64,000 bases of DNA from positions 1 through 64,000 of the forward strand of contig JAQGDQ010000240.1 in assembly GCA_030141605.1 (NCBI GenBank), written 5' to 3'. Position 1 is the stretch's first letter. Each line of letters begins with the position of its first letter. This DNA comes from Tubiluchus corallicola (Eukaryota > Animalia > Priapulida). The translations under genes were made by a program, and so were the position numbers. Under the pieces are notes generated by a model. It did no database searches, was not told where the DNA came from, and worked only from the letters and a program-made list of their open reading frames with translations. Positions 10,763-22,763 of the stretch are shown piece after piece.

Positions 10763-13700
10763 TCACACAATACATAAAGTTCCCACCACTACCAGCAGTA
10801 TACAACGCCATTATTAAAATCACACCGACTGACATTAACATCAGTATCAACAGCAGCAGCAGCAGTAGCAGTAGCCGCGGTAGTGACAGCGAAAGCAACA
10901 ACAGCAGCTGCAACGATAAGTCCAAGAACAACAACGGTAACGAGACTAACAACGATCATGCCAGGGAAACAATAGACAAACGTATTTCTGTTTTTACGTA
11001 GTAATGCGTGAACAGAACATTTCTGCTAAACAACATCCAGGACTGGAATTAAGGCTCTTGAAACTGAGATCATTGAGTTATAATTTCCTGATATTGCATG
11101 TACATTTATAACACCATTATCACATACTTGCATTAAAATAACAATATTATTATTACAGTACACATTACTGTTGGTACAACTTGAATCAATAATTAATCAG
11201 GAGATACTATTTTGATTGACATGTTGTGCCATTAGTCAGGTATTTCCGCTAGTAAATACCTGCATGTATTCTCTGTCGCAGCTTTTGCGGCAAGTTGAGC
11301 GCATGCTCGTCTTTAACCGCACGATCACTAAGAATAGAAGAGTCCAGCTTAGTGCTTTTCAAGATTTTGTAAGGATGGTAATGAGTCGAGGACGATGTTA
11401 TTTTAACCTTGCCAGTTCAAGCTCAATGACGCTTATTAAATCATGAAATTACAAAATTCGAGAAATGAAATACATTTGGTGAATAATAATCAAGAAATTT
11501 TTCGAAACGCACTCTCACTTTAATCCAAATAACACAGGATTACAAAGTTTTAAAAAACAAAGCTTCACGAAGTTCATAGAATTGGATTTGTTTATGTTAT
11601 TTTAACTGATAAAGAGAATTAATCATTATTACTAGGCTTTATTTGATGCTGAAATACTTGAGAAATACTTAAACTTTTCATAAACTTTCAGAAATAAGGA
11701 AAAGACGACAAAAATTTCATACATAAATATATGCAATCAAATACATGCATTCCACGTTCAACTCTTACTGCTGAATTCTGAATCTTAAAATGTGGCGTGA
11801 AAACTACGACGCGGTGAGATTCACCATAATCGATAGTTCATCAACTTTGTTTGTCCTGCCCAATATCAACATTGTCGAATTAGTGCGTTGTTACAACAAT
11901 AATTATCGCACACACAAAACCGACTCCAACAAGTCCATTTAAATTACTGCCTTATTTGCTCAAAAAAGGAAAATGATTGCATTAGGCAGCAACACAAAAC
12001 AAAAACTTATCATGAACTCATCGGGCGTATTTATTTGCAGTTGTGACAATTATTAATATTTTTACTTTTAACATTTGCTGAAAAATCGCTTATTACAAAA
12101 AAGTATATTTGCGTTTACAAAGACAATAGCAGCTGCTGAACTCCGCGACACGAATAAACGTTCCTTAATGGAATTCATTATTAAATTAATTTAAGTGGTT
12201 GGGTAATAAAGGGCAATTGTGAAAGTCTCAAAGCACAGGGTGTCACCAAACCATAAACGCACTGACGATTTCATGTATTTGACCACTTTGTGCGAAGATG
12301 AAATTGAATGTTTAAACTGTCGTTATTTTATGTATTGTATATTTTGCAGTTTTCATTGAAATTTCTCTTCTGGCCACTCTATAACCGACTCATGTGATGC
12401 TTTCCTGCGATTGAGTGTGGCTTTTTATTTCTGTTTTTAAGTATTTGCTTATCTTAACCTTTATTATGGTACGAATTTTTCTTAAGTATCTCTTTTCTCA
12501 CTTGCATGTTGTTATCTACTTTTGGTGATGCTCTTTGTTAGTTCCTTTAAGTTTTTGCAAAATGCAACTTGATGTTCCCCCCGTCGTTTGCTCTCTTTCT
12601 AGCCCTAATTTTATGTGATGCTCGCTTAATGATGATTTTGTCGAGTGGGCCATTTAAGTTTTTATAAAATTGTAATTTGTCTACGCCAAGGGTAATCTGT
12701 CAGGCCTAATTCGAAGGTGGATCTTGGCTGATGCCTTCTAGTGATTTTTCTCAAAACCGTCATTTGTCTAGGGATGAGAGAGCTATTGCACCAGAGCGTT
12801 ATCGCAGCGAACCCCTGATTTTGGATGTTACGTTTCTGGCAATGTTCTTTAGTGATACCATTTCTGCTCCTGTAAATGTACACATGTCTGGATACCTGTG
12901 ACGTGGAAGATTTATAACTTGTAAATTTTGCTCTGTTATCATTTCCCTATATTTTTTCGCTGAGTTTTTTTTGAGACGCTGTTTGATCCAGTTAATGCAG
13001 TTGTTTGGAAATAAAAGGAACACAATGTTATGTTATTATAACTTCTTTTTGTTCTATATAATAGTAGCTGATTCAGTTTAATTTCACTTTAATCGTAAAA
13101 GCAAAAAATCTTTATTTTAAATTAGTGGTGAAGGTTAGTACCGTGGCAACATGGCAACATGCTTCGATAAAATTTATTATAGAAAGCATTAAGTGAAAAA
13201 TATAAAAAGGAATATAATAGGCCAACAGGCATTAATAAAATAAAATTAAAAACTTATTGCGATAGAGCAAACGTCCAAATTCATTAACTGGCACAATACA
13301 TTAATTGTCCGAAAATTCTGCGCTTTTATTCAACGAACAAAGTTGTCAACGTAATGGCACTATTAAAGTAGAGTAACGCTTATTGCATATACATTAGTTT
13401 ATATTATAGTATTGTGCGGGCACAGGTGAATACATTATGAACTACAAAAGTAACACAGGGGAACAAAGAAAAGAGGTGCACTAAGTGGGTGTAAAAGCAA
13501 CGTTTAAATAAATAATTTTGCATTTTTTCTCCATTTTTTGAAATTATCGAAACCGAAAATTGTGTTTAAATATGAAGCGGCAAATTAGTAAAATAGATTT
13601 TGAAAATGTTTACATGATAGCAGTACGTAACTAACATCGCATTCATTCCCGTCGCTCCTCCACCATGTTTGCGCAATTGCGCAGTTTAGCGAGGTTTTAT

Positions 13701-13890
13701 AGTAAATGTTCAGCACAACGCAAAAACGCGACGAGTCTGTATTCAACAAATATGACATTATCAATAAACACAGAAAAGCTGAACATGGTTTCATCAAACA
13801 AAGACTTTAGTCTATATGGCTTCATTAAACAATGACGTTATAATACTGATGTAATATCGGTATTTTGGTGAATAAAACTTAGCGAACTCC

Positions 13891-14312
13891 ATGGAAAAGT
13901 TGGAAACAGATGTACAGGCACTAAACTATTACAGCTATAATAATTTATCTCACAGTGGGGACAACTACAACAATTTTCGACCTGTAGTTGCCGATGCTCC
14001 GAATTACGTTCCACCGGACAGAAATGGGGATGACTATGAGGGCGAACAGCAAGTAAAATCACAATTAGAAACCATCAGAAATGGGCTGAGCGAAGCCAAA
14101 CGAGTGGGGACAGTATTTGTTGATCAGATCGGTCAGATGAAAGACGCCGCAGAAGAGTGGAGAAGAAACAGAGCGGAGAAGGCAGTGGAGAAATCGAAAA
14201 GACATGCTAAGGCTGAATCCTCGTGGTGCAGACAATTTAATGATTTTATGAGAGACACAACTTTTCATGGAGTGAGGAATGTGTTTGACTCTAGTCGCAG
14301 ATGTCCAATAAG
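13891..14312 (+). CDS. DEG/ENaC exon 1 (cytoplasmic N-terminus, HG motif)
   Basis: ATG preceded by an in-frame TAA; FMRDTTFHGVRNVF; donor AG|gtgagc. Confidence 0.85.
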
Positions 14313-17300
14313 GTGAGCAATTAATCGTATTACTGCCTATATCGGTTAGCTTAGCCTGTTAGACATTTGAATATCGATTTTAGAAATGAAAGTTTGATTC
14401 GTACGTCGACGCTTTTAGTTTTATATCGTCAAATGAGTTGGATGGCTTATACTGGTTGTCAAAAGTAACGCATTAAATTCGGTGCAAATGTTAAATTCGG
14501 CCTACTCCACACAAAGGGCACCAAGAGGAGCTTTTCTCCTAGTTTTGCTGTTGATGTTCCACTGTCAACAGCCCAAGTAAAGTCCTTTTAAATGACATTA
14601 AATGACACGAATAAAAATCTTTGAAGAGTCAGTTTGCTAAGTAATTTTGATGATTATAAAGTAAGATGTATCAGATTAATAAGTAAAATCTGTAACCCTC
14701 AGATTGTAAAAACTTGTTAAAATAGTCTCATATTTTTCAAGCAGATATAATAATTGATGTTCAAAAAATGTACAAAAAATCATGTGAGTTTCAACATTTG
14801 ACTGCCAAAGAAAATTGCTACTGTATTTGAATCCCGGCTGATCTTAATGGTTACAGAATTTGCGGCTTTTGCTTAACTTTGATGGATTTTCACAGTGTTT
14901 TTACAATCTAAGCGTTTGCTAAAGGCAGGTTAATGATTTTTTTAATTGCTGATGAAAATTTCTTTATTTGTACTTCAATAATCTTATTTTACTTTTCGCA
15001 GATGTGTTTGGTTTTTTGCTTGCATCACTTGCCAGACAATGTTGGGAATTTTGGCGTACATGTATGTCACAACTTTCATAGCTCAGCCTACCAGTACTTC
15101 AATATACATCAACACTGATAACTGGAACCTAACCTTCCCAGCTGTAACCATCTGTAATCTGAATTTGCACACGAAGCAAGAGCTTGCAAAACAGCCTGAA
15201 TTCGCGGCCTACCTCAAGTCCAAACACGAACGCCTCATCATTGGCCATGACGATGGTAAACGGTACAATTTCAGCGGATTTAACTACACAGAGTTCTTGC
15301 TGACGTCACATCCGGATATTTCCGGGGAGCCGTATGATCAGTCGCTAATCGATCAGATGTCGGGATATGAATGCTCCTGGAGAAACATCCCTTGTAGCTT
15401 AGCTGACCTCACTAGGGTGGTAACAGAGAAGGGAGTTTGTTTTACCTTCAATGCAGCTTTCGATAAGCACAGCAATAGATCGAAAGTCGTAAGTTGTAAT
15501 CAAGTGGATGATGTCCTCTAAAATTGTCCAAAGTTCTATCGAGATTTTCCCTAATACTACTTGACAGAATAACAAAATCACATACTTTATATTATACGAT
15601 TAAGGTGTGTGCACATGCAGACGGCTTGTGAGGCGACGACGGCAGCTCATGCGTTCAATGCAGCATGTGTCGCACTATTGCCATCTAGGTGAGCACACAC
15701 CTACCAGACCAATTGTTGCTGCATCTATTGTAGATACCATGAATATTTTTGTAAACCTGTACATGCTGTTGAAGCTTTTAAGGGTGCGCCAGTTTGTACT
15801 ACTTTTTCTTTTTTGTCACGTGTCACCAAATAATGCATAAAGAGCTAGTACCAGCACAACCTATTGTTACATCGACGTTACATCATTGCTGCTAACCATT
15901 GTTACATTACCGGTGTCGCCGTCTACTAAAAATATCATTTATTAGAAAACTTTTAAATACGGATTTTGTCTACTTTTGATATTCACACCACTACATACAA
16001 GCCGCCGCTACTTAATTAACTCTAAATGTGAGTTCTTATACTCGAAATTGAGCGACCAGCCTTGATACCAGACGGAGCTTTTATTAAATCTAATTTTATT
16101 TTACTAATTTATCACATTAGATCGTAATAAGTGTTTTTCGTACTATTTAAGCAGTGCATTAAAGGCGATTCAAACTATAACGCTTTGCAGTACATTCTAA
16201 ATTACATTAAATATACGTAATGACCTTTGAGAAGATAATTTTTTGAGTTCTTAAATCGACACTTTTTCATATAGTATGAAACTGAATTTGAATTATAAAA
16301 ATGAATGAACAACTTGACAGTAGATGTGAAAAACAGTGCAGTTTTTTAACTAGCTGATTTGATCAGCAATAAGCAAATTAAAACTACTATAAAATTCACT
16401 ATGCAATTTTTTTGAGAGAGCACATATAACAAAGGGGATCTCATTGTAAGAGGAAAAAAGTTAACAATTAGCACTCAAAATACTTATACCCATAAAAATA
16501 TGAGAATATGATACCAATATATTTGTTAACGTGGGCGCTAGCAGCAGGCTTCTAGGGTGCAGATTTTCACAGTTCTTAATAGTACTCTATTCGTAGGCTA
16601 CCATTATTTTTTGTAACGAATTCATACGTGGTAGTGTTGGTTAACTGAAATTCTAAAACTAACAAAATAGGCATAAGGGAGGCAGAACGCAACAACGTTC
16701 CTCTTTTCAGGCTTGTGTGAGCTCCTTTTATGTACCACTAATATTATTCAAATATTGATAATGGAAGAAACCCGCATGTAGGTATAAAGGTATTAGGTGA
16801 AGCCAGTGTAAACGCATTATTGGCCAACAATAAATGTTTAATAACATTAGTGTCATTCATGCTAATGTGCAAGTTTGTTTTCTTATAGAAAATGTATGAC
16901 GCTTCTGTATGAAGCCAGAGGAAACTCAAATTCGTCTTTAATTGCCATGGCCAGGTCCCAAGGTTACGCCGAAAAGAAGGCCCTAAAAGTTAAGGTCCAG
17001 AAAACGGGTTTCAAGTTAGCAGCGGACAGAACGTGAACTATATATAATGAACATCTCTGTGTTTTTAGGTTCAAGGTTTAGGTCCAGAAGAAGGTCTTAC
17101 ATTAAGGCTTTGGACGGGACATGAAGACTACACCCTGAATGATCTTGGCATTTTGTCCTCTGGATTTCGGGTAATTCTATTAATGATATGAAAGAAATAA
17201 TTAGCTACATCTTACAATAAAAAAATATGGTGCTAGAAACAATTTTGCTTCCGAGGGCTTATGTTTAGAATTTACAAAAAATGTTCGCCATTTGCTGTAT

Positions 17301-20300
17301 ATATATTGACGCTGCTTATTTTGCTGCAAATGTGCTACAGAGTACACTAATAATAACATGTTATAAGCCAACAAATACTAGCGCGTTTGTAAATATGGTT
17401 ATTAACTACATAAACATTGTTTTCTAAATAAACACAAACTAGCTAAAAGGAGCAGTCATCAAGGATAATATAACGAGATTCACGTAGCCTTATAATAGCT
17501 TTGGCAGCCGCTAACGATCACCTTGTTTTGCGTTGACTTCTTTTTATAGTCCAGTGACCAAAATACAGGATACTCATTAACCGACCATATGGTTAATGTT
17601 AAAACCTTGCATTTCTTCCTTGTTGGTAAGCATCAGTAAGTGGGATTAATCAGAAAAGACAGGACTCTCATTACACCGACCATATGGTAAGTATTAATCC
17701 TCGCATGTCTTCCTTGTTGGTAAAGAACAGCAAGTGGAGTTAGTAAGACTCTCATCATAAAGTGTGGTGCAAATAATTTACTCTGGTAGGCGGTACCTAT
17801 TCACTTTTACTTATCATGAGAATTTTGATGAAATGTTTTGGTAATCATTCTCATGCAAGTGCGACGCATTAGGCTAAACAACAACTTATATTCTTATGAG
17901 GATAGGGTTCAATAGTAACTGCCCAGAATGTGGGATATAATATTAATAAAATGTAATTATTTGCTTGCTGTTAGTCAGATAGTTAGTTACACGTTAAGAC
18001 AACAAAAGACATTTATTCAGGATAAACTTGATTGAGCAAAGCTCGTTTATAACAAGGTATTGGTTGATGGCTTGGCTGCAGTAATTTAAAATTAAGAAAA
18101 ATAAATACATGTAAAAAACACTAACATAAAATCCACGAAACATAAACAAAAATCGTACAAACAAAGAGTGACTTAATATTTAAAGAAAACATGCAGAAAC
18201 ACAAAAAGGAAAGCTAAGATTACAATCGCAAAAGAACTTAAAATGAGCAAAAAAGTAGAAAAAAATGAAGAAATAAATTCACAAGCAATTGAAAAATAGT
18301 CATATAAGGCACAGCATAGTAAAAAGCGGAAAATAAAAGCAAATTAAAGCAATAATAAAAATGCTTGCATTTCAAATCCAAAAACTAAAAGAAAACTAAA
18401 GGAAAGCTAAGATTACAATTAGAACTAAGAAGAAACAAAAAGCAAAAAGCTTAGATACGTTAAGAAGCAAAGTAAAATTACAAGCAAATGAAAAAATGCC
18501 GTATATAATCATAGCTAACATAAATCAAAACAGAATATAAAAAGCAAATTAAGCAATGATAAGAACATTTAACACTGAAAATCAAAATTCGTAAACAATA
18601 TTCGTTATATATCAAAAAACATTTGCACAGATAACGTCAAAATTTAAAATAACATCAAAAAGACGAAATTATAAAGCACAAAACAATAATTGAAAAATAG
18701 CTCTCTTGATAAAAAGCTTTACGTCAAACTTTAATCAACACATTATATCTGCAGACTAAGACGTTTGGAATTTAGCAACGTTACCCAACCTTCTACTGAT
18801 AGGAGTTTCTTTCCGGCTAGTTTCTGTTAAATGTTTAATTAATGTTTTAAACGCTGGATTTAGCACGAAAAATGGGAAAAAATACCATTCGAATGAAACT
18901 ATTTTCTGTGGGTGGTCTTTTTTTCATTTCTGCGTAACTTTGATAGTGTCTTAATGAAGCATCTCTGTTTGCAAGCTTCTGAAATTCGCAGGTTTATGTA
19001 CACGATTCGAAAATTTGGCCAGTAACTACAGAAGAAGGAATATTGCTGAGTCCTGGCTTTGAACACAACATAGGCATTGCGGAGGAGCAAGTAAGTCTTC
19101 TTATAAGAACTAAGTCAGATTACTATAATAATTATTGTAAGTTGTATTTTTATTATAGGGTGTTTTGACTGCCATAGGAGATTTGGCGTTGTTGCTACAG
19201 CGATAATAATATGCTTAGCGATGATAATAATAATAGCTGTGTAATTCCAATAAGTAACATTATCCAACGCTTTAAAAAATCTCTTTGTATTGACGACAGT
19301 AAAAGGAAACATAAAAGTAGTATATTTGGTAAAAGTTACAAATTACAGCCATTCATTGTATTTGTACCCACGTTTGTCCCCATTCAAGATCCGAAGATTT
19401 CCGTTGGCGAATTAGTCTAAGTTTAAACAAATGTGGCAGGGCAGGAATTAATATTACTTGGCCTAAAGCTGGATAAACGACATGTAACTTATGTTCTAAT
19501 AATATAATACTTCGTGTGTAGATTATTCTGTCCGTCTACTAAATAACGCGAAAGAACTGCTTTTTCCACAAGTATGTCACTCCTCATCGACGAAACTGCA
19601 ATCAGTATTTTAACAAGGTTTAATTGAAAAGCAGACAGTATGTTTAAGGCAATTCAAAAAGCACTATTTTTCAGCATGTATCAAATACAAGTGCGGGTTG
19701 TCGCTGGCCATTTAATAAAGCTCCTAGGTTAATGTGGTATGGCAAATACGGAGGTTATTCAATGGATTTGTGCTATTTGGAATGCAAAACCGCTTTCGTG
19801 ATTTTACGGTGTAAATGCAAAGCCCATTATATGCGTTATCCAGGTAAGACAATTTGAATAATTCCAGGTGGCAATTACGATACATAAGTGACACAATAAC
19901 GCACAGTTACACTAATAACGCGTGTAGTATTTTACTCAAACAACAAACAAGCTATACCTGTAGACTGTGTCATTAGTGCAGCACATGAATAATTGTGCTA
20001 TTTTGTTAAAATATATTGCATGTTTTACATTCAGCTCATAAAATACTATTTGTATCTAAAACACTAATTGAGGTATCCATGAAAGATCGGTGAGTAATTC
20101 AAGGTATGGCATGAATTCGTAACATACGTGTTATATTATGTAAATATACGTTTGAGTATATGTTACTAAAAATTAGTTATTTTACTCGGATGAAACATAG
20201 GTGTATGGGTTCCTTAAAAACAAAATTTTATGCCAAGAATGCATAACAGAATCTAAAATACGTAATTTTGTACCATTTCATGCTTATGTATATACGAGTG

Positions 20301-22763
20301 TGTCCGCGTAACGAAGCTTGTTATGGTATCTTACGGTATCGCCTTTTATACTTCATTTTTTGCATTGTAGATGACGTCCCTTTCTGCGATTTCCAACAGT
20401 ACAGAACATGTGTTTTTCGAAGTATAGGTAAGTTCAGCAAGTAGTTCTTTTAGTCATGTAAAATTTAATGTAGTTTTGTAAAAATATTTTAATATGGTGT
20501 TTGTAAATATGTCATTTATTGTATATAATTAGGCCTTAGTTTTGCACTTTAGTTTTTTTTAGATTGCACTGGACGCATTTGTCTTGAACAGTGTTGTTAT
20601 CTTAACATTACGCTGAGGCTTACTCAATTTTACTATAATGAGTGAACCATTTTAATGACAAATAAAGAATTAATAATAAAAAAAATAGTTATTAAAGTAA
20701 ATATGCTGCCTATATTTCCGTAGAGCGTAAAAGTGGAAATTTCATTTCATAGAAGTGATGGAACTTTCCAAAAAAAGCTGTTTAGAACGAAACGCCGTTA
20801 TAGAGTGAAATTTATAGAGTCAAAACGTTTGCTTTTATTCACAAAATTAGCAGAAAACCCAGCAGTTGTGTTTTTAAATTTACCATTAAAATGTTGTGCT
20901 CTATTTCTGTGCTTTCCTTAAATCTTTTTATCCGTTTAACACTCTTTAATCCTTCTTAAAGGCAGTTACCTTTCACATCCGATTTCTATTTCCTGCCGAA
21001 CCCAATAGTTTAATAGTTGGACCTAATTTTTATCCCTAGACTTTTCAGAAATCAAGTTTCCTCGGCAACTTAGGACGTTCGTTTAATTGGTTCATTCTGT
21101 TGACATGCCATTTGTCACAGCATTATGTTTAATAGTTTAGTTATCGACAAAAAGTGATGAATGACAAATAGATAAACGAGGGAACAAATGGACGAACGAG
21201 CAAACAAGCAAACCAAACCAGCGAAATTTCAGACATAAATACAGACAGCCAAGCGGTAGAGAAACAGACACACAGACTGATCCACAGATTACTGAGAAAT
21301 TGACTGACTGACTGATTTGTGTAATATCAGCCAGCCAACTAACCAACCGATCAACCGACCGACCGATCAACCAACCAACCAATCAGTAGCTACCAGCCAA
21401 TCAATGCGTACTATTTCGTGCCGAGCAAAATTCTCCTGTAAGTTCCTTCCGATACATTATTGCTGTTAGGGTTAGGCCTTGCATTTATTTTCTGCTGTAG
21501 CTTAATTAAATGACGCGGAAAACATCAGGAATGTTTAATAAAAATTCTAGCTACACTTTAATCATTTTTTCAGGCGCTTTTTGGGAGGAAGGTTACTTCA
21601 ACAACTGCAGTCCACCATGTCTACCTGGATGTGAGGAAACTAAGTATACTTATACGCTTTCCGCTTCCTACTATCCCGGTCAGCAGTTTGTTAATTTTGT
21701 GGCGGAGATATATAACATCACTGGAAATGGTAGTATTGGAATCATGACTACAGAAGAATTCAATGAGTTGCTCAGGTGGGTTTATTTCTAAGTATTTCGT
21801 TATTCATGGAAGTGAACAAATTTTGGTAGTGCATTATGTAGTAAAATTGCGTCATATGAAAATTTTTTTTTGAGTTTGAAATTTATCTAAGTCATACAAT
21901 ATATAAGTTATAATATATATCAAAAAGCTCCTCCCCCAGTTAACTCGCAAACTCGTAGTACTTCATCCTGGTAGAAGCATTTGTAAGAGACCCATATTAT
22001 CTGTTTGTCCTCTTTCCAAAGAACTGTAAATTTCGCTCCAAGACTCTTGCCAAACGCCGCCAGCGTTGTTTTACGTGGTATTTCTCTAGGAACGGCCGAA
22101 AAACCTCTATAAAACCTCCCTTTGCTAATTGTCGGAACGTCTTTTGTAAAGAAACGTCCTAGCGTCTCTTGCTAGGGGACCTGGAGCTGGAGCGAAATTT
22201 ATAGCTCTTTTGGAAAGAGAAGAAGCAGAGCTACTTCATCATATGGACGGCTTTTACAAACGCGTCTTCTGGGCTTCGATTTAATTCGGGGAAATGTATG
22301 ACCCTGTAGAATGACCAATAATCAGTCACATTGAAACTCTAAAGCAAAGGACATTGGGCACTGTTTTGACAAACTGTCGAACGATGATTAAAATCACTTA
22401 ACAACTTTTATGGCTTTTTTGTTAGGAGGAATGCGCTAATTATTCGAGTATTTTATGAAACCATGTCTATCACTGTCATGCACAACGATTATGCTTACGA
22501 CATGAAAGATTTTTCAAGTAAGTTTGCAAACTGCTAATTTTTCTAGTAATTTAGCTGAAGTATTTCGCTTCTCGCCTCATTCGGCTCGTGACTTATACGA
22601 AAATATTGTTCTGATCTTAATTCATCCGGTTTCCACTTTAGGTGATATTGGAGGAGCTATGGGACTATTAGCTGGAGCAAGCATTTTGTCAATACTGGAA
22701 ATCTTCGACTGCCTTTGCATATGCTGCTGTAGAAAATTCAATAAAGTCAGTGGTACTAAATGA
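13891..22763 (+). CDS. DEG/ENaC (ASIC-like) amiloride-sensitive sodium channel subunit, about 583 aa, 9 exons
   Basis: Exons 13891-14312, 15002-15488, 17069-17170, 18992-19090, 19675-19843, 20371-20427, 21574-21775, 22426-22517 and 22642-22763 (1752 nt, phases consistent). Family motifs: TTFHG, FPAVTICNLN, GVCFTFN, GPEEGLTLRL, Cys-rich thumb (YSMDLCYLEC..CKC..CSPPCLPGC) and TM2 SDIGGAMGLLAGASILSILE. Confidence 0.93.
15002..15488 (+). CDS. DEG/ENaC exon 2 (TM1, FPAVTICNLN)
   Basis: ttcgcag|A TGT...GTC|gtaagt. Confidence 0.92.
17069..17170 (+). CDS. DEG/ENaC exon 3
   Basis: tttttag|VQGLGPEEGLTLRLWTGHEDYTLNDLGILSSGFR|gtaatt. Confidence 0.85.
17566..17757. repeat. Diverged tandem duplication, unit about 94 bp
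   Basis: cagga..ctcatta..ccgaccatatggt..tcttccttgttggtaa occurs twice. Confidence 0.85.
18203..18590. repeat. Diverged A-rich tandem duplication, unit about 190 bp
   Basis: aaaggaaagctaagattacaat at about 18205 and 18398; aaaagcaaattaa in both units. Confidence 0.75.
18992..19090 (+). CDS. DEG/ENaC exon 4
   Basis: ttcgcag|VYVHDSKIWPVTTEEGILLSPGFEHNIGIAEEQ|gtaagt. Confidence 0.85.
19675..19843 (+). CDS. DEG/ENaC exon 5 (thumb)
   Basis: tttttcag|HVSNTSAGC...YSMDLCYLECKTAFVILRCKCKAHYMRYP G|gtaaga. Confidence 0.85.
20371..20427 (+). CDS. DEG/ENaC exon 6
   Basis: ttgtag|(D)DVPFCDFQQYRTCVFRSI G|gtaagt. Confidence 0.82.
   Translation: MTSLSAISNSTEHVFFEV
20455..20685 (+). mobile_element. Dispersed repeat, probable retroposon 3' end (copy 1)
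   Basis: Reverse complement of 43757-43978; ends AATAAA plus an A-rich tail. Confidence 0.75.
21574..21775 (+). CDS. DEG/ENaC exon 7
   Basis: ttttcag|...CSPPCLPGCEETKYTYTLSASYYP...AG|gtgggt. Confidence 0.88.
21972..22270. mobile_element. MITE-like foldback element in DEG/ENaC intron 7
   Basis: tctttccaaagaactgtaaatttcgctcca (22011-22040) pairs with tggagcgaaatttatagctcttttggaaaga (22188-22218); weaker pairing extends outward. Confidence 0.65.
22426..22517 (+). CDS. DEG/ENaC exon 8
   Basis: tgttag|RNALIIRVFYETMSITVMHNDYAYDMKDFS A|gtaagt. Confidence 0.87.
22642..22763 (+). CDS. DEG/ENaC exon 9 (TM2, GAS filter, stop)
   Basis: ctttag|GT GAT ATT GGA GGA...; DIGGAMGLLAGASILSILEIFDCLCICCCRKFNKVSGTK-TGA. 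Confidence 0.92.
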
